A DNA stretch of 64,000 bases. Origin: Flaccisagitta enflata. Lineage: Eukaryota. The notes below the pieces were generated by a model. The model did not search any database. It saw only the letters and a program-made list of their open reading frames with translations, and was not told where the DNA came from. The position numbers and the translations under genes were made by a program. This document shows positions 21,116 to 33,548 of this stretch, one piece after another. Where the stretch lies: assembly GCA_965153355.1 (NCBI GenBank), contig OZ231126.1, positions 33,480,001 through 33,544,000 of the forward strand, given 5' to 3'. Each line of letters begins with the position of its first letter. The first letter of the stretch is position 1.

Positions 21116-23129
21116 GAGTTACCTGACCAGCTGAATGTCCACCAAGTCACAAAGCAAATCCACAAATGGTTCCAATGATAATTCTCGCGTAAATTACTGC
21201 TTTACATGACTGAAACGCCACAAAGAGTAGAGATAAATCCATTCACTCATTCATTCATTCATCCATTCAATTATAGATTTTTCTTTTTAGGCAGACTAGC
21301 TTTTAACATCTAGATACCTTGAATACGCGCCTAACGTGGTTTCAAGATTAAGGCAAGGCAGGTAGGAGGAACTCTAACAGTCTCCTCCTTAATGAAAGGA
21401 CTTTAAAGAGTGGCTAGTTAACCAGTTAGTTGTTTGATAAATTTTTCAGTTGATTGTAAGTTGTTGTAAATTGTAGCTATTATGAATTAATGAAAAATCC
21501 TTTAGTCAAATTATCATCTTGTTAGTTATAAAGTGACATGAAAAAAAAATGTAAAAACTTGTCCTTTCATCAAGGAGCCTCCACGTCGGTGAGTTCTGGC
21601 GCGGAGGAAGGACATACCAATGTGTATGTCCTTCCTCTTACCAAAGAGACTCTTTCAGTTATATTGATATTGACAAGTTCAAGCTCAGGAAACAGAAGAA
21701 GAACGTGGACTCAAGATTTGTTTGGCGATGTGCTTGATGTTGTGAACACGGAAGAGGACATCATATCATTGGCAGTTTCAGGTTGTTGGTAATAGTGTGA
21801 CTGGACTTATGCTTCCATTCTTATCTTGAGAGAAGTCACAGCAAAAAAGAGTGCGCACAGCTAGGCAAAAACAGCAAGGGAAGGACTGAAGATATGGAAT
21901 TGGCCTCATGGTTTAATTTGGGCCTAAAGTTCAGGATTGGTCTTGGTTATAATGTTAGGTTTGGGCTCCTATGGTCTGAAGGATGTGAATCTAGTAACCA
22001 GTGCATGGATTTGAAACGCTAATGATGGATAGTAAGAGTAGATAGTAGATATTCAGTAAGCCTGATGTTATTGTGACACATGCATTAACTATTCTTATTT
22101 AAGGGTAACAAGCATCTGCTTTATCCTAAACGATATTTTTTGTGATTAATCAGGAGAGGCAAGAGTGTACGTATTAGCAGGCAATCCAATGAAGCAGCGT
22201 TCAACCCATAGAAGGAGCAGTAGAAGCGGAAGTTGGATGTGGGTTCAAGGTATTGCAGGTAGTTAGCACTGATTATGAAGCAGATGAGGACTAACTCTGC
22301 CTTGGGGTATAATATGCTTTTGTTTTATTACAAAAAATTTTTGGCTACTCTTCTTTGTAATTTATCAGGGAAGTGGTTATGACAAGAAGAGTGCTTGGAG
22401 AAGAATTTCAACAGGAAAATTAGCAACAACAGTACTGGAGAGAAAAGTAAAGACGGCGCAAAGCTGTAACCTGAATTGACCAATAATTCATTATCATCAG
22501 CAAAAAAGAGTCCCTAGTTCTGAAAACGATGTAAAAAAAGTAGCTAAAAGTGGTACTCAGTTGCGCATTTTGCTTCTTATCGCACATCAATTCCAAAGAT
22601 ACCAATGGCTCAAGATAAGTTCAAATATTTGTGCAAACTTTCATCAGAACATTTCTTAAGTTCCTGTTTCAAAATAGAAACTCAAAACAGAAAAACAGTA
22701 AAATCTGGGACCTGAAAAATTGAGCTGATTTACTGGCGGCTCATGATTGCTGATGAGAATATGAACTCAAACTGATCATAATAAAGCCCCTTGCAAAGAA
22801 ATACAGATGGTTGATGCTTCCCTACCATCAGATGTTGAGGTGAAAAAGGACTAGTATATAGAATGAAGGAGATCCAATTTGAGCTTTTGGACCGGAAGTT
22901 AGAGCAGGAAATTTGACATAGTCAGCAGGAATACAGATCTTGCTATGATTTGTGTTGGGCCTATGTAATTGTCAGTTACTTTTGTCTTAAACAGGAATGG
23001 TAATATTGCATGCTTAAGATGGGAAGAGAAGAAGCTTGGTGTTGGAAGGATGGAGAAAGACCCCAGATTATCATCCGATACAGGATGCTGGCTATAAATC
23101 TAAGACTGAGAAGCAGAAGAAATTTCTGC

Positions 23130-23990
23130 ATATGTGAAAGCATAGGTCATTGACCCCTTTTGTTAAGGCTTGAATTTGTGCCTGAAGGCCGGGGTTTTAG
23201 CTTTGTGGAAAATATTTGGGCAGGGATATAGGCCATGAGGGAGGGATTTAAGTAATGAGGGGGGGAGAGGGGGCGGGGGATTGTATGTAGAAGAAGAAGA
23301 AGGGTTTAAACTATGGTTTTGGCTTTTGGGGCTAGGATTTGAGTTTTGGGGCCGGGATATGGGTGTCAAGGCTGGATTTAAGGCCCAAAGCATTTTTAAA
23401 CATGGTCAGTAGGCCCCGAAGAAACCGATGACCTATGCTTAACACTAGGATTATAGAGGTATAGGTCTTTTGCTGGGATTTGAGGTGGAAGGTTGGGATT
23501 TGGGCTTGGAGGTTGGGGTTTCAGCTTCAAGGATGAAATTTGGGCCTAAAGGATGGGATTTGGGCCTCAAGGCATATGTGAAAGCATAGGTCATTAACCC
23601 CTCTGGTTAAGGCTTGAATTTTTGGAAAATATTTGGGCTGGGATATAGGCCATGAGGGAGGGATTTAAGTAATGAGGGGGGGAGAGGGGGCGGGGGATTG
23701 TATGTAGAAGAAGAAGAAGGATTTAAACTATGGTTTTGGCTTTTGGGGCTAGGATTTGAGTTTTGAGGCCGGGATATGGGTGTCAAGGCTGGATCTAAGG
23801 CCTGAAGCATTTTTAAACATGGTCAGCAGGCCCCGAAGAAACCGATGACCTATGCTTAACACTAGGATTATAGAGGTATAGGTCTTTTGCTGGGATTTGG
23901 GGTAGAAGGTTGGGATTTGGGCTTGGAGGTTGGGGTTTCAGCTTCAAGGATGAAATTTGGGCCTGAAGGATGGGATTTGGGCCTCATGGC
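23130..23990. repeat. Tandem duplication (~420-445 bp x2) of HINE-B internal sequence with TIR remnants
   Basis: ATATGTGAAAGCATAGGTCATT..GAGGGGGGGAGAGGGGGCGGGGGATTG..GGCCCCGAAGAAACCGATGACCTATGC occurs twice. Confidence 0.9.
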
Positions 23991-25060
23991 TGGGGTTTGG
24001 GCCTTGAGGCTGGGGTTTGGGCCTTGAGGCTTTGGTTTGGGCCTTGAGGCTGGGGTTTGGGCCTTGAGGCTGGGGTTTGGGCCTTGAGGCTGGGGTTTGG
24101 GCCTTGAGGCTGGGGTTTGGGCCTCGAGGCTGGGGTCTGGGCCTCAAGGCTGGGGTTTGGGCCTCAAGGCTGGGGTATGGGCCTCAAGGCTGAGATATGG
24201 GCCTGAAGGTCGGAATTTGATTATGGAGGATGAAATTTAGGCCTCGAGGATGGAATTTGGGCCTTGAGACTGGTATTTGGGCCTCGAGGCTGAGATTGGC
24301 GCATGGAGATCAGGTTTGAGCTTCAAGGGTGAGATTTGGGTCTTGAGGATTGAATTTGGACATTGAGGCTGAGATTTGGGCTTTGAGGCTGGGATTTTGG
24401 CCTTGAGACTGTGATTTGGGCCTTGAGAATGGTAATTGGGCCTCGAGGCTGGGATTAGAGCCTGGAGATCAGATTTGAGGGTGAGATTTGGGTCTCAAGG
24501 ATGGAATTTGGGCCTTGAGGCTGAGATTTGGGCCGTGAGGCTAGGATTTTTAAACATGGTCAGCAGGCCCCGAAGGAACCGATGACCTATGCTTAACACT
24601 AGAATTATTGAGGTATAGGTCTTTTACTGGGATTTGGGCTTCAAAATTGGGATTTTGGCTTGGAGGTTGGGATTTCAGCTTCGAGGATGAAATTTGGGCC
24701 TCAAGGAAGGGATTTTGACCTTGAGGCTAGGTTTGGGCCTCGAGGCTGAGGTCTGGGCCCCAAGGCAGGGATTTGGGTCTAGAGGTAAGAATTAGATCTT
24801 CAAGGATGAGATTTGGGCCTGGAGGTTAGGATTTGGGTCTTGAGATTAAGGTTTGGGATTCAAGGTATGAATTTGCGACTAGAGGTTGAAATTTGGGCCT
24901 GTAGGCTATGCTTTGGGTGTCGAGGCTGAGAAAGGAGCTTTGAGAGTGGGATTTGGGATTCAAGGCTGGAATTTAGAGTCTCGTGGCTGAAATTTGAGCC
25001 TTTTGGCTAGGATTTGGTTGTCAAGGCTGGAATATGAGCTTTGAGGGTGGGATTTGGATC
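23980..25060. repeat. 20/21-bp minisatellite (GGGCCTTGAGGCTGGGGTTT)n, progressively diverged
   Basis: Direct reading; reverse complement of the repeats inside the HINE-B copies at 1960-2250 and 63150-63480. Confidence 0.9.
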
Positions 25061-25165
25061 TCGAGGCCAGGGGGGGACGTAGGAGAAGAAGGAGGAGGAG
25101 GAGAAGGAGGAGAAATTTCTCCTGTGTGAAAGCATAGGTCATCGGCCCCTTCGGGGCCGCTGCCC

Positions 25166-26000
25166 AAAAAGGACTAAAAATGACTAAAAATGACCAAAAA
25201 TGACCAAAAATGACCAAAAATTATCAAAAATGATCAAAAATGACCAAAATGACCAAAATGACCAAAGATGACCAAAAATTACCAAAAATTATCAAAAATG
25301 ATCAAAAATGACCAAAATGACCAAAATGACCAAAAATAACCAAAAATGACCAAAATTGACGAAAAATGACCAAAAATGACTAACAATGATCAAAATGACC
25401 AAAAAGGACTAAAAATGACTAAAAATGACCAAAAATGACCAAAAATGACCAAAAATTATCAAAAGTGATCAAAAATGACCAAAATGACCAAAATGACCAA
25501 AATGACCAAAAATAACCAAAAATGACCAAAAATGACCAAAAATGACCAAAAATGACTAACAATGATCAAAATGACCAAAAATGACCAAAAATGACCAAAA
25601 ATGACCAAAAATGACCAAAAATGACCAAAAATGACCAAAATGACCAAAATGACCAAAAATGACCAAAAATGACCAAAAATGACCAAAAATGACCAAAAAT
25701 GACCAAAAATGATCACATATGGCCAAAAATGACCAAAATGACCAAAATGACCAAAATGACCAAAAATGACCAAGAATGACCAAAATGACCAAAAATGACC
25801 AAAAATAATCAAAAATGATAAAGAATGACCAAAAATGACCAAAAATGACCAAGAATGACCAAAATGACCAAAAATGACCAAAAATAATCAAAAATGATAA
25901 AGAATGACCAAACATGACCAAAAATGACCAAAAATGACCAAAAATGACCAAAAATGACCAAAACTGACCAAAAATAACCAAAAATGACTAGAAGCAACCA
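25166..26000. repeat. 9/10-bp minisatellite (ATGACCAAAA[A])n
   Basis: Direct reading. Confidence 0.97.
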
Positions 26001-26499
26001 ATAATTCCCAAAAACAACAAAAAAATGACTCAAAATAACTCCAGACGACCCAAAAAGACGAAAAAAAGCAAAGAGTTACAGACCGACCGACGGACCCACC
26101 GACCGACCGACCAACCGACCGACGGAGCGGCTAAAAAGCAATGAAAAAAATCATTTCTTGTTTTGATTTAAGCCAAGCGAAAATGTTACTGAGGGATTTG
26201 CAGAGGCTCCTGAAAAATCCCGAACTTTTTGGGTAATGCTGAGCAAATTCCTGATCCATACCAAAAAACCACATAAAAATCGGATGATGCGCATTGCTGC
26301 GCATTGCGCACATGTGTTAACTTTGCCAATCGCAATTCGATGCTTGAGCGGTGGCGGACTTTTTACGCGCGCGAGAACGAATATGGAGCAGCCTCCACTG
26401 ACAAATTTTTTTTGCGGAATTATAACTCACTCTGACGAAAAGAACATAGTCCAGCATATCATTAGAAAGCTCATGACACGAGGAAGGCGATGATGCATA

Positions 26500-27060
26500 C
26501 CAAATTGAGCGGGTATCATGTGAAAATGAGAGAGCCTGCTCAAATGTGAGCAGTTATCACTCAAGGAGTAGCTTAAGCACTTTTTTTTAGCAAGTTTGGT
26601 CAAAACAGATGGAGTTTGCATCAAAATAAATCCAATTTGCGCCTGATTCAGCGAGTTTGCTCATAAATGAGCGAGTAAGTTCAACAATATCCAATAGCAA
26701 AGTTTCAAAAAAGTCTTCAAATTGTCCTCCAAAAAGATAAAGATAGTTTGCCCCATAATCCATATGGAAGTGTTGGCAGAACAAGTTCACTCAAATATAA
26801 GTGAGTTTGCTCAATTATAAACAAGTCAGCTAAAAAAGAGCGAATTTGCTCAAAATAAGCTTCCCTGTTCAAAATGAGCAACCTTACTTTAAATGAGCAG
26901 CTATGTTCAAAACGAGCGGTTTTACTCCTAATGAGCAATGTATCTCAAGATGGACCAATCTTCCAAATAAAGCAAGTTTGCTCAAAATGAGCAAGTTAGC
27001 TCAAAATGAGTGTTTGGTAAAATTGAGCGAATTTGCTCAAAATGAGCGCATTTGTCAGTT
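26500..27060. repeat. Degenerate ~19-bp palindromic repeat (TGAGCAAGTTTGCTCAAAA)
   Basis: Many GAGC..GCTC units; similar units occur at 28560-28800. Confidence 0.6.
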
Positions 27061-27300
27061 GTAGTCGTAAAAATGAATTTGTTTTAAACTAAGCAGCATA
27101 AATGACCATTGACCAATGAGTAGTTGCTTTGTGAATAGGCAGGGGCAGTGCCTGTAGGGGGGCGAAGTACTTGCCAGCAGTTATGTAAGTAGGTCATCCA
27201 CTGGATGGCATTAACTAGGATTGGAAGATCGGGCAAAAGTTCGCGCAAAATCAGAAAACTTTCCGCACATCACGATTTTACACTTGAGTGCACCTACATA

Positions 27301-27569
27301 CAGTCAGTGGACAAAACGGTATTTGTAGATATATCAGCAGTTTAGCATATTTCAATATGTTAAAATCTCTTATCTTAATACATATTAACACATTAAATTC
27401 TTTTATTCTTCTGCAATAAATTTTGTAAAATGAGAGATTTCAATGCGATGAAATTTGCTAGAATAAGAGATTTCAACACGTTGAAATATACAACAATGAA
27501 AAAGAGAGATTTCAACGCATTGAAATATGTATAACTATTTACATATCTACAAATACTGTCCACTGACTG
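27301..27569. mobile_element. Tc1/mariner-type MITE with TA TSD
   Basis: TA|CAGTCAGTGGACA ... TGTCCACTGACTG|TA; further pairing GTATTTGTAGATAT / ATATCTACAAATAC; internal GAGATTTCAA repeats. Confidence 0.88.
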
Positions 27570-27718
27570 TATATCTCTGCTTATTGTAAGTGCACGCTGC
27601 ACAATATAAAAAAACACCTAAATAAAACATATAATCACAAGACAGCAGAAGCAGTGGGCGAGATTGACCAAAAAAGCCACCTTAAAACTCATATCGGGTC
27701 CGCAATTTAGCCAAGCTT

Positions 27719-27936
27719 TTTTAGTTGTGGACAGTTAACTCTAGAGGCTTTGTCAATCCGTCCATCTGTCCATCGGTCTGTGGTGATCGAGATGAAAAGT
27801 GGCCAAACGCGCATTTTTGATGCTGCCATTGTGATAGTCTCTGTGCGTGAGTGTGTGCGGGGTGAACCAGGGTGTGGATGGGGGTTGTATGCTCCTGCCC
27901 ACCCGTCCGCAACAATATTGTGGCCCCGCGTCAATT
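27719..27936 (+). mobile_element. HINE family C copy
   Basis: TTAGTTGTGGACA.., GTCC repeats, GCCCACCCGTCCGCAACAATATTGTGGCCCCGCGTCA. Confidence 0.75.
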
Positions 27937-28348
27937 TTGTCTTAGTTTTGTCATTACGTGGCTTTAAAGACCGAATTTTTGATCGGCAAAGTTGACAAAT
28001 GTGCGCGATGTCCAATTTTAATGCGGTTTTCGATTATAGAATCCTTACTGCTATGCTTTAATCTATCAATATGGAACTTTTACCGCGGTGGCGATGTTTT
28101 TCCACATAATTTATCGGACTGCTGCTGCTGCTGCTTAACTTTTTAGTTGCGGATACGCAACTCTATAGGAGGCTTTGTCCGTCCCTTGGACTGTTGGACC
28201 GTGTGTCCATGAGCACGAGTCAAAAAGTGATAAAACGAGTGTTGAAGATGCGTGCAAAATGCGTAAACATGCTCTAAAGTGAGCACATATGTTTTAAAAT
28301 GAACATTCCTCATCTTGAGCGAATACAAACATTCTAAGCTTGTTAACT

Positions 28349-28508
28349 AATAGGGCCGGATACACGGCCACCGAAGTCGCCTGCGGGTGGGCAAGGGCCA
28401 TATTTGAGGTCACATGACCATTTGGGCAGGAGCAGTGAGGTGAAAAAAATATAATCATAAAAAAAGTAATGCGTGACTGACCGACCGAGTTACGTGCACG
28501 CGACTAGA
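28349..28508 (-). mobile_element. Short HINE (family A-related) copy
   Basis: The minus strand begins TAGTCGCGTGCACG.., has (GGTC)n and ends GCCCACCCGCAGGCGACT..GTGTATCCGGCCCTATT. Confidence 0.6.
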
Positions 28509-28821
28509 TACAGCGGGTTTGCAAAAAAAATGATAACAATGATTTAATCCTTTTTGCCTTTTGAGCATAATTGAAAGATGAGCGAGTTTGTTTAGATATT
28601 TACCTGCCGAAGAGCAAGCTAGTCGGCCCCTGATGTTTGCGTTTTCACTATTTAAAAACTACCCAAATTGCAGTATCTTGCTCAAAATCAGCGAATTCAT
28701 GCAAAATCAGCAAGTTAACAGAAATGATCAGGAATTCTCAACAGCGCTCTCTCTTAAACTGAGCAATGGGGCCTAAGTGAGTATGATACAAATGAGCAAG
28801 TTTCCTTAAAAAAAGTGTACC

Positions 28822-28959
28822 TTTTTAGTCGCAGACTCGCGACTCTATAACCCACTTTTCGGTCCGTCGGTCGGTCGGTTGGTCACAAAACTGTTTTTCG
28901 ACTTTTTCCGCTCCTGCCCACCCGTCCGCGACTAATGCTGCTGTGTATACGGCCTTGTT
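28822..28959 (+). mobile_element. Short HINE (family A-related) copy
   Basis: TTTTTAGTCGCAGACTCGCGACT hairpin, (GTCG)n, CCGTCCGCGACT subterminal IR, ..GTGTATACGGCCTTGTT. Confidence 0.75.
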
Positions 28960-29091
28960 TCGAGTCAGTCTACTGAAAATGAACTAATTCACCCGAACAA
29001 TATAAATGGGGAAAAAATCTTGGACACTGCTGGTCCGAGTGTTTACAGGTAGTTAATGCATCACTGCTCCCGCCCAAATACATGATTAGTC

Positions 29092-29312
29092 TTTTTAGTT
29101 GCGGACATGCAGCTCTATAAGAGGCTCTGTCCATCTGTCGGTCTGTCGGTTTATCACGCTTGAGTCGAAAACGTGAAAAATCGCATTTATAATGATGTAG
29201 TTGTGATTGTGTGTGTGGGGGAGGGGAGGGGGAGAGGGAGTGGGGTGAGGACGGGGGTTTGATGCCCCTGCCCACCCATCCGCAGCAAAATCGTGACCCC
29301 GCGTCACTTGTT
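29092..29312 (+). mobile_element. HINE family C copy
   Basis: TTTTTAGTTGCGGACATGCAGCTCTATAAGAGGC ... GTGACCCCGCGTCACTTGTT. Confidence 0.78.
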
Positions 29313-29774
29313 TTATCGATGCCCCTGCCCACACACAAACGACTTGGGTAGATGGCCAAAATAAAGGAGTGATGCTTTTATTCTCAAAAGAAGCATCAAC
29401 TTTGGCTTTTGGAAGGTCATTACCTTACTTCGTTTAAAAGATAGTGGCCCTCAAAATGAGGGGTCAATTCTTCTTTTTCTCTAAAGAAGCATCAACTTTG
29501 GAAGACTGTCGCTCCTAGACGAACAGAGCAAATGACCTCAACTTAGGCTCATTTTAAAGAGCTGTCTCTGTTCTTTAAAATGAGCCCAAGTCGAGGTCAT
29601 TAGCTCAATTTGTTTAGAGGATATAAACTTACAAACATGGGGGTGGTGGACAAAGATTGTTCCCTGATTTGCATAATATTTTCTTATTCTTGGGGGGCCA
29701 TGATTTTTATGAAAATACCATTGAGCTATGAAAACCATCTCAGCACATGCCAAGGATGGGATTTCAACCAAAAA

Positions 29775-30156
29775 AGTCGCATGCACGCGACTCTACACCC
29801 CGCTTTGTTGGTCCGTCCGTCCGTCAGTCCGTCGGTCCATCCGTCCATCCGTCGGTCCGTCACACTTTACTTTTTTGTGATATAACATCAACTTCCAGGT
29901 CATTTCAAGTCATTTTAAGTCATTAATAGTTATTCTAAGTAATTTTGAGTCATTCAAAGTCATTTTAAGTAATTTTCGGCCATTTCAAGTTATCTTAAGT
30001 CATTTTTGGTCATGAGGTTTTTTAGTCATTTTATGTCTTTTTTGGTCATTTTAGGTCGTTCTAAGTCATTGAAAGTCATTCTAAGTCATTGAAAGTCATT
30101 CTAAGTCATTTTTAGTCTGTAAGTCTCGCACGCGACTTATAGGTAATGGCCTTGTT
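29775..30156 (+). mobile_element. HINE family A copy with short internal (AAGTCATT) array
   Basis: AGTCGCATGCACGCGACT 5' hairpin, (GTCC)n, GTCATT repeats, 3' GCACGCGACTTATAGGTAATGGCCTTGTT. Confidence 0.75.
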
Positions 30157-30529
30157 CTTTTCGTACCTTCCTATACCAGTCACATGCTGTTAAAGTTTGT
30201 GCAGGTATGACACTGTAAAACCACCACACTGATGCAGTCTGTACTATTTTGATTGGAAACAAGACGATAAAAGAAATTCGTCATACAGAGAAAAATTGCT
30301 GAAAGAATAGGTCGCTCCTGATCACTCCAAAAGTTAGGAGCGAGAATTGTTTTCTACTCTTACAAGCCTAAAGTATAAAAGTTTTAATACTCGATGCATT
30401 GACCGACCCCATATGATTCTTCTAAGGCAGGTTTCGTGCTGTAAAACATGCTTATTAAGAGGGGCGGAAACACATTTTTTGCTCTCCGCTCTTGCACGCC
30501 GTTTCCTATTATGATTCACGTAGTGTCAA

Positions 30530-30730
30530 AGTTACAAACCTCAAAGATACTATCCTCAAAGATTCAATGCTCAAAGATACTATCTTAAAAGATACTATTC
30601 TAAAAGATACAATCCTCAAAGATACTATCCTCAAAGATACTATTCTTTAAGATACTATCCTAAGGATACTATCCTCAATGATACTACCCTCAAAGATACA
30701 ATCCTCAAGATACTATGCTAAGAGATACGT
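30530..30730. repeat. 15-bp satellite, first small block
   Basis: GATAC(T/A)ATCCTCAAA units. Confidence 0.93.
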
Positions 30731-30882
30731 TCATATGGTTTTAGGCAATAGAATCATTTACATCTTAAAACTGTTGTTTTTTGTGAGAAAATGAGTAGGG
30801 ATCATTCATTTTACTAACTTTGATTTTGTTCAAGGATTGGACAATCATGTATAGGACAACACATAAGTGCCAGAGTACAGAA

Positions 30883-31477
30883 CACTGTGCTTTCAAAAAA
30901 AACTGAGTGAAAAATCACATAACTGTTGGTTTCTCTGCATTTTTGTGTAGTGTTGGGGTGTGATAGCAGGTAACTGACTAAAATAAAATCATTCACCGAG
31001 CGCTTTTTGAGCAATCTTCAAAATGGAAAAAAATTAGACCCATTTTCAATGAAGATTCTACTGAGTTGTATTGATCTATTTTTTGACTTCATATTGTTGA
31101 TCTATGCAAAATTCCCTTTCATTTGATAGGTCACACCATATGGTTTAATTTCAAAATAAAGTTTTCATTTTTTGAGCCACCGTTACTTTTTTGTAACGGT
31201 GACTCAAAAAATGAAAATTTTGATTTTTTACAAAAGTATAGAGTGCGACCCATCAAATGTAAGGGAATTTTGCGTAGATTAATAATATGGAGTCAAAAAA
31301 TAGGTCAATACAACTCAGTAGAATCTTTATTGAAAATGAGTCTAATTTTTTTCCATTTTGAAGATTACTAAAAAAACGCTCGGTGAATGATTTTATTTTG
31401 GCTATATATATGTTATCACACCCCAACACTACACAAAAATGCAGAGAAACCCACAGATTCTTTTTGAAAGCACAGTG
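30883..31477. mobile_element. Foldback MITE with CACTGTG..CACAGTG termini and 4-bp TSD (Chapaev/Transib-like)
   Basis: AGAA|CACTGTGCTTTCAAAAA ... TTTTTGAAAGCACAGTG|AGAA; arms pair almost throughout to the centre GAGCCACCGTTAC-TTTTTT-GTAACGGTGACTC. Confidence 0.85.
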
Positions 31478-31740
31478 AGAAAGATATCAAAAAGGCAGTT
31501 TTTAGACTTCCATGAAAATGGCGCAAAAATGATATTACTTTAGCCTCACATTTGATAAAGAGAATAGGGTCAATTTAATGATTCACTTTGAGACCACGAC
31601 CTGAAAAGAACATCTATTGCCCATAAAGCATATAGAAGGATGCAAAAAATATTTTCTTTGAATTTTTATCCATAAGAAGACTTCCATTTTTGTGGCATCA
31701 ATGCCCATAAGCGATTCTATTACTTAATCCTGATCTGGGT

Positions 31741-33548
31741 ACTATCCTCAAAGATACAATCCCCAAAGATACAATCCTCAAAGATGCTATCCTCAAAGAT
31801 ACTATCCACAAAGATACTATCCTTAAAGATACTATCTTCAAAGATACTATCCTCAAAGATACAATCCTCAAAGATACTATCCTCAAAGATACAATCCTCA
31901 AAGATACAATAATCAAGGATAAAATCCTCAAAGATACATTCCTCAAAGATACTATCCTCAAAGATACTATCTTCAAAGATACTATACTCAAAGATACAAT
32001 CCTCAAAGATACTATCCTCAAAGATACAATCCTCAAAGATACAATCCTCAAAGATACTATCCTCAAAGATACTATCCTCTAAGATACAATCCTCAAAGAT
32101 ACTATCTTAAAAGATACAATTCTCAAAGATACTATCCTCAAAGATACAATCCTAAAGATACAATCCTCAAAGACACTATCCTAAAAGATAGTATTCTAAA
32201 AGATACAATCCTCAAAGATACTACCCTCAAAGATACTATCCTCAAAGATACTATCTTAAAAGATACAATTCTAAAAGATACAATCCTCAAAGATACTATT
32301 CTCAAAGATACAATCCTCAAAAATACAATCCCCAAAGATACTAACTACCCTCAAAGATACTATCCTCAAAGATACAATCCTCAAAGTACTATCCTAAGAG
32401 ATACTATCCTCAAAGATACAATTCTCAAAGATACAATCCTCAAAGATACTATCCTCAAAGATGCTATCCTCAAAGATACTATCCTCAAAGATACTATCCT
32501 TAGAAATAGTATCCTAAAGATACTGTCCTCAAAGATACTATCCTCAAGGATACTATCATCAAAGATATTATCCTCAAAGATACAAGCCTCAAAGATACTA
32601 TCTTTAAAGATACTATTCTAAAAGATACAATCCTAAAAGATACTATCTTCAAAGATACCATTCTAAAAGATACAATCCTCAACAATACTATCCTCAATCC
32701 TCAAAGATACTATCCTCAAAGATACTATCCTCAAAGATACTATCCTAAAGATATTATCCTCAAAGATACTATCCTCAAAGATACTATCCTCAAAGATACT
32801 ATCCTCAAGGATATAATCCTCAAAGATACTAGCCTCAAAGATACAATCCTCAAAGATACTGTCCTCAAAGATAGTATTTTCAAAGATACAACCCTCAAAG
32901 ATACTATCCTCAAAGATACAATCCTAAAAGTTACAAACCTCAAAGATTCTATCCTCAAAGATTCAATCCTCAAAGATACTATCTTAAAAGATACTATTCT
33001 AAAAGATACAATCCTCAAAGATACCATCCTAAAGATACTATCCTCGAGGATACTATCCTAAAAGTTACTAACCTCAAAGATACAATTCTCAAAGATACTA
33101 TCTTAAAAGAGACAATACTCAAAGATACTATTCTTCAAGATACTATCCTAAGGATACTATCCTCAAAGATACTACCCTCAAAGATACTATCCTCAAAGAT
33201 ACAATCCTCAAAGATACATTCCTCAAGATACTATGCTAAGAGATATTATCCTAAAAGATACAATCCTCCAAGATACCATCCTCAACGATACTATCCTCAA
33301 AGATACTATCCTCAAAGATGCTATCCTCACAGATACCATCCTCAAAGATACTATCCTCAAAGATACTATCTTCAAAGATACTATCCTCAAAGATACAATC
33401 CTCAAAGATACTATCCACAAAGATACAATCCTCAAAGATACAATCCTCAAGGACACTATCCTCAAAGATACAATCCTCAAAGATACTATCCTCAAAGATA
33501 CAATCCTCAAAGATACTATCCTCAAAGATACAATCCTCAAAGATACAA
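31741..33548. repeat. 15-bp satellite block (mixed GATACTATCCTCAAA / GATACAATCCTCAAA)
   Basis: Direct reading; more diverged than the downstream blocks. Confidence 0.97.

Noticed and set aside
21360-21420. Canonical Helitron 3' end (weak hairpin + CTAG)
   Set aside because: The stem is only ~5 bp and far from the CTAG, and endonuclease-bearing Helentrons are not expected to use this end type.
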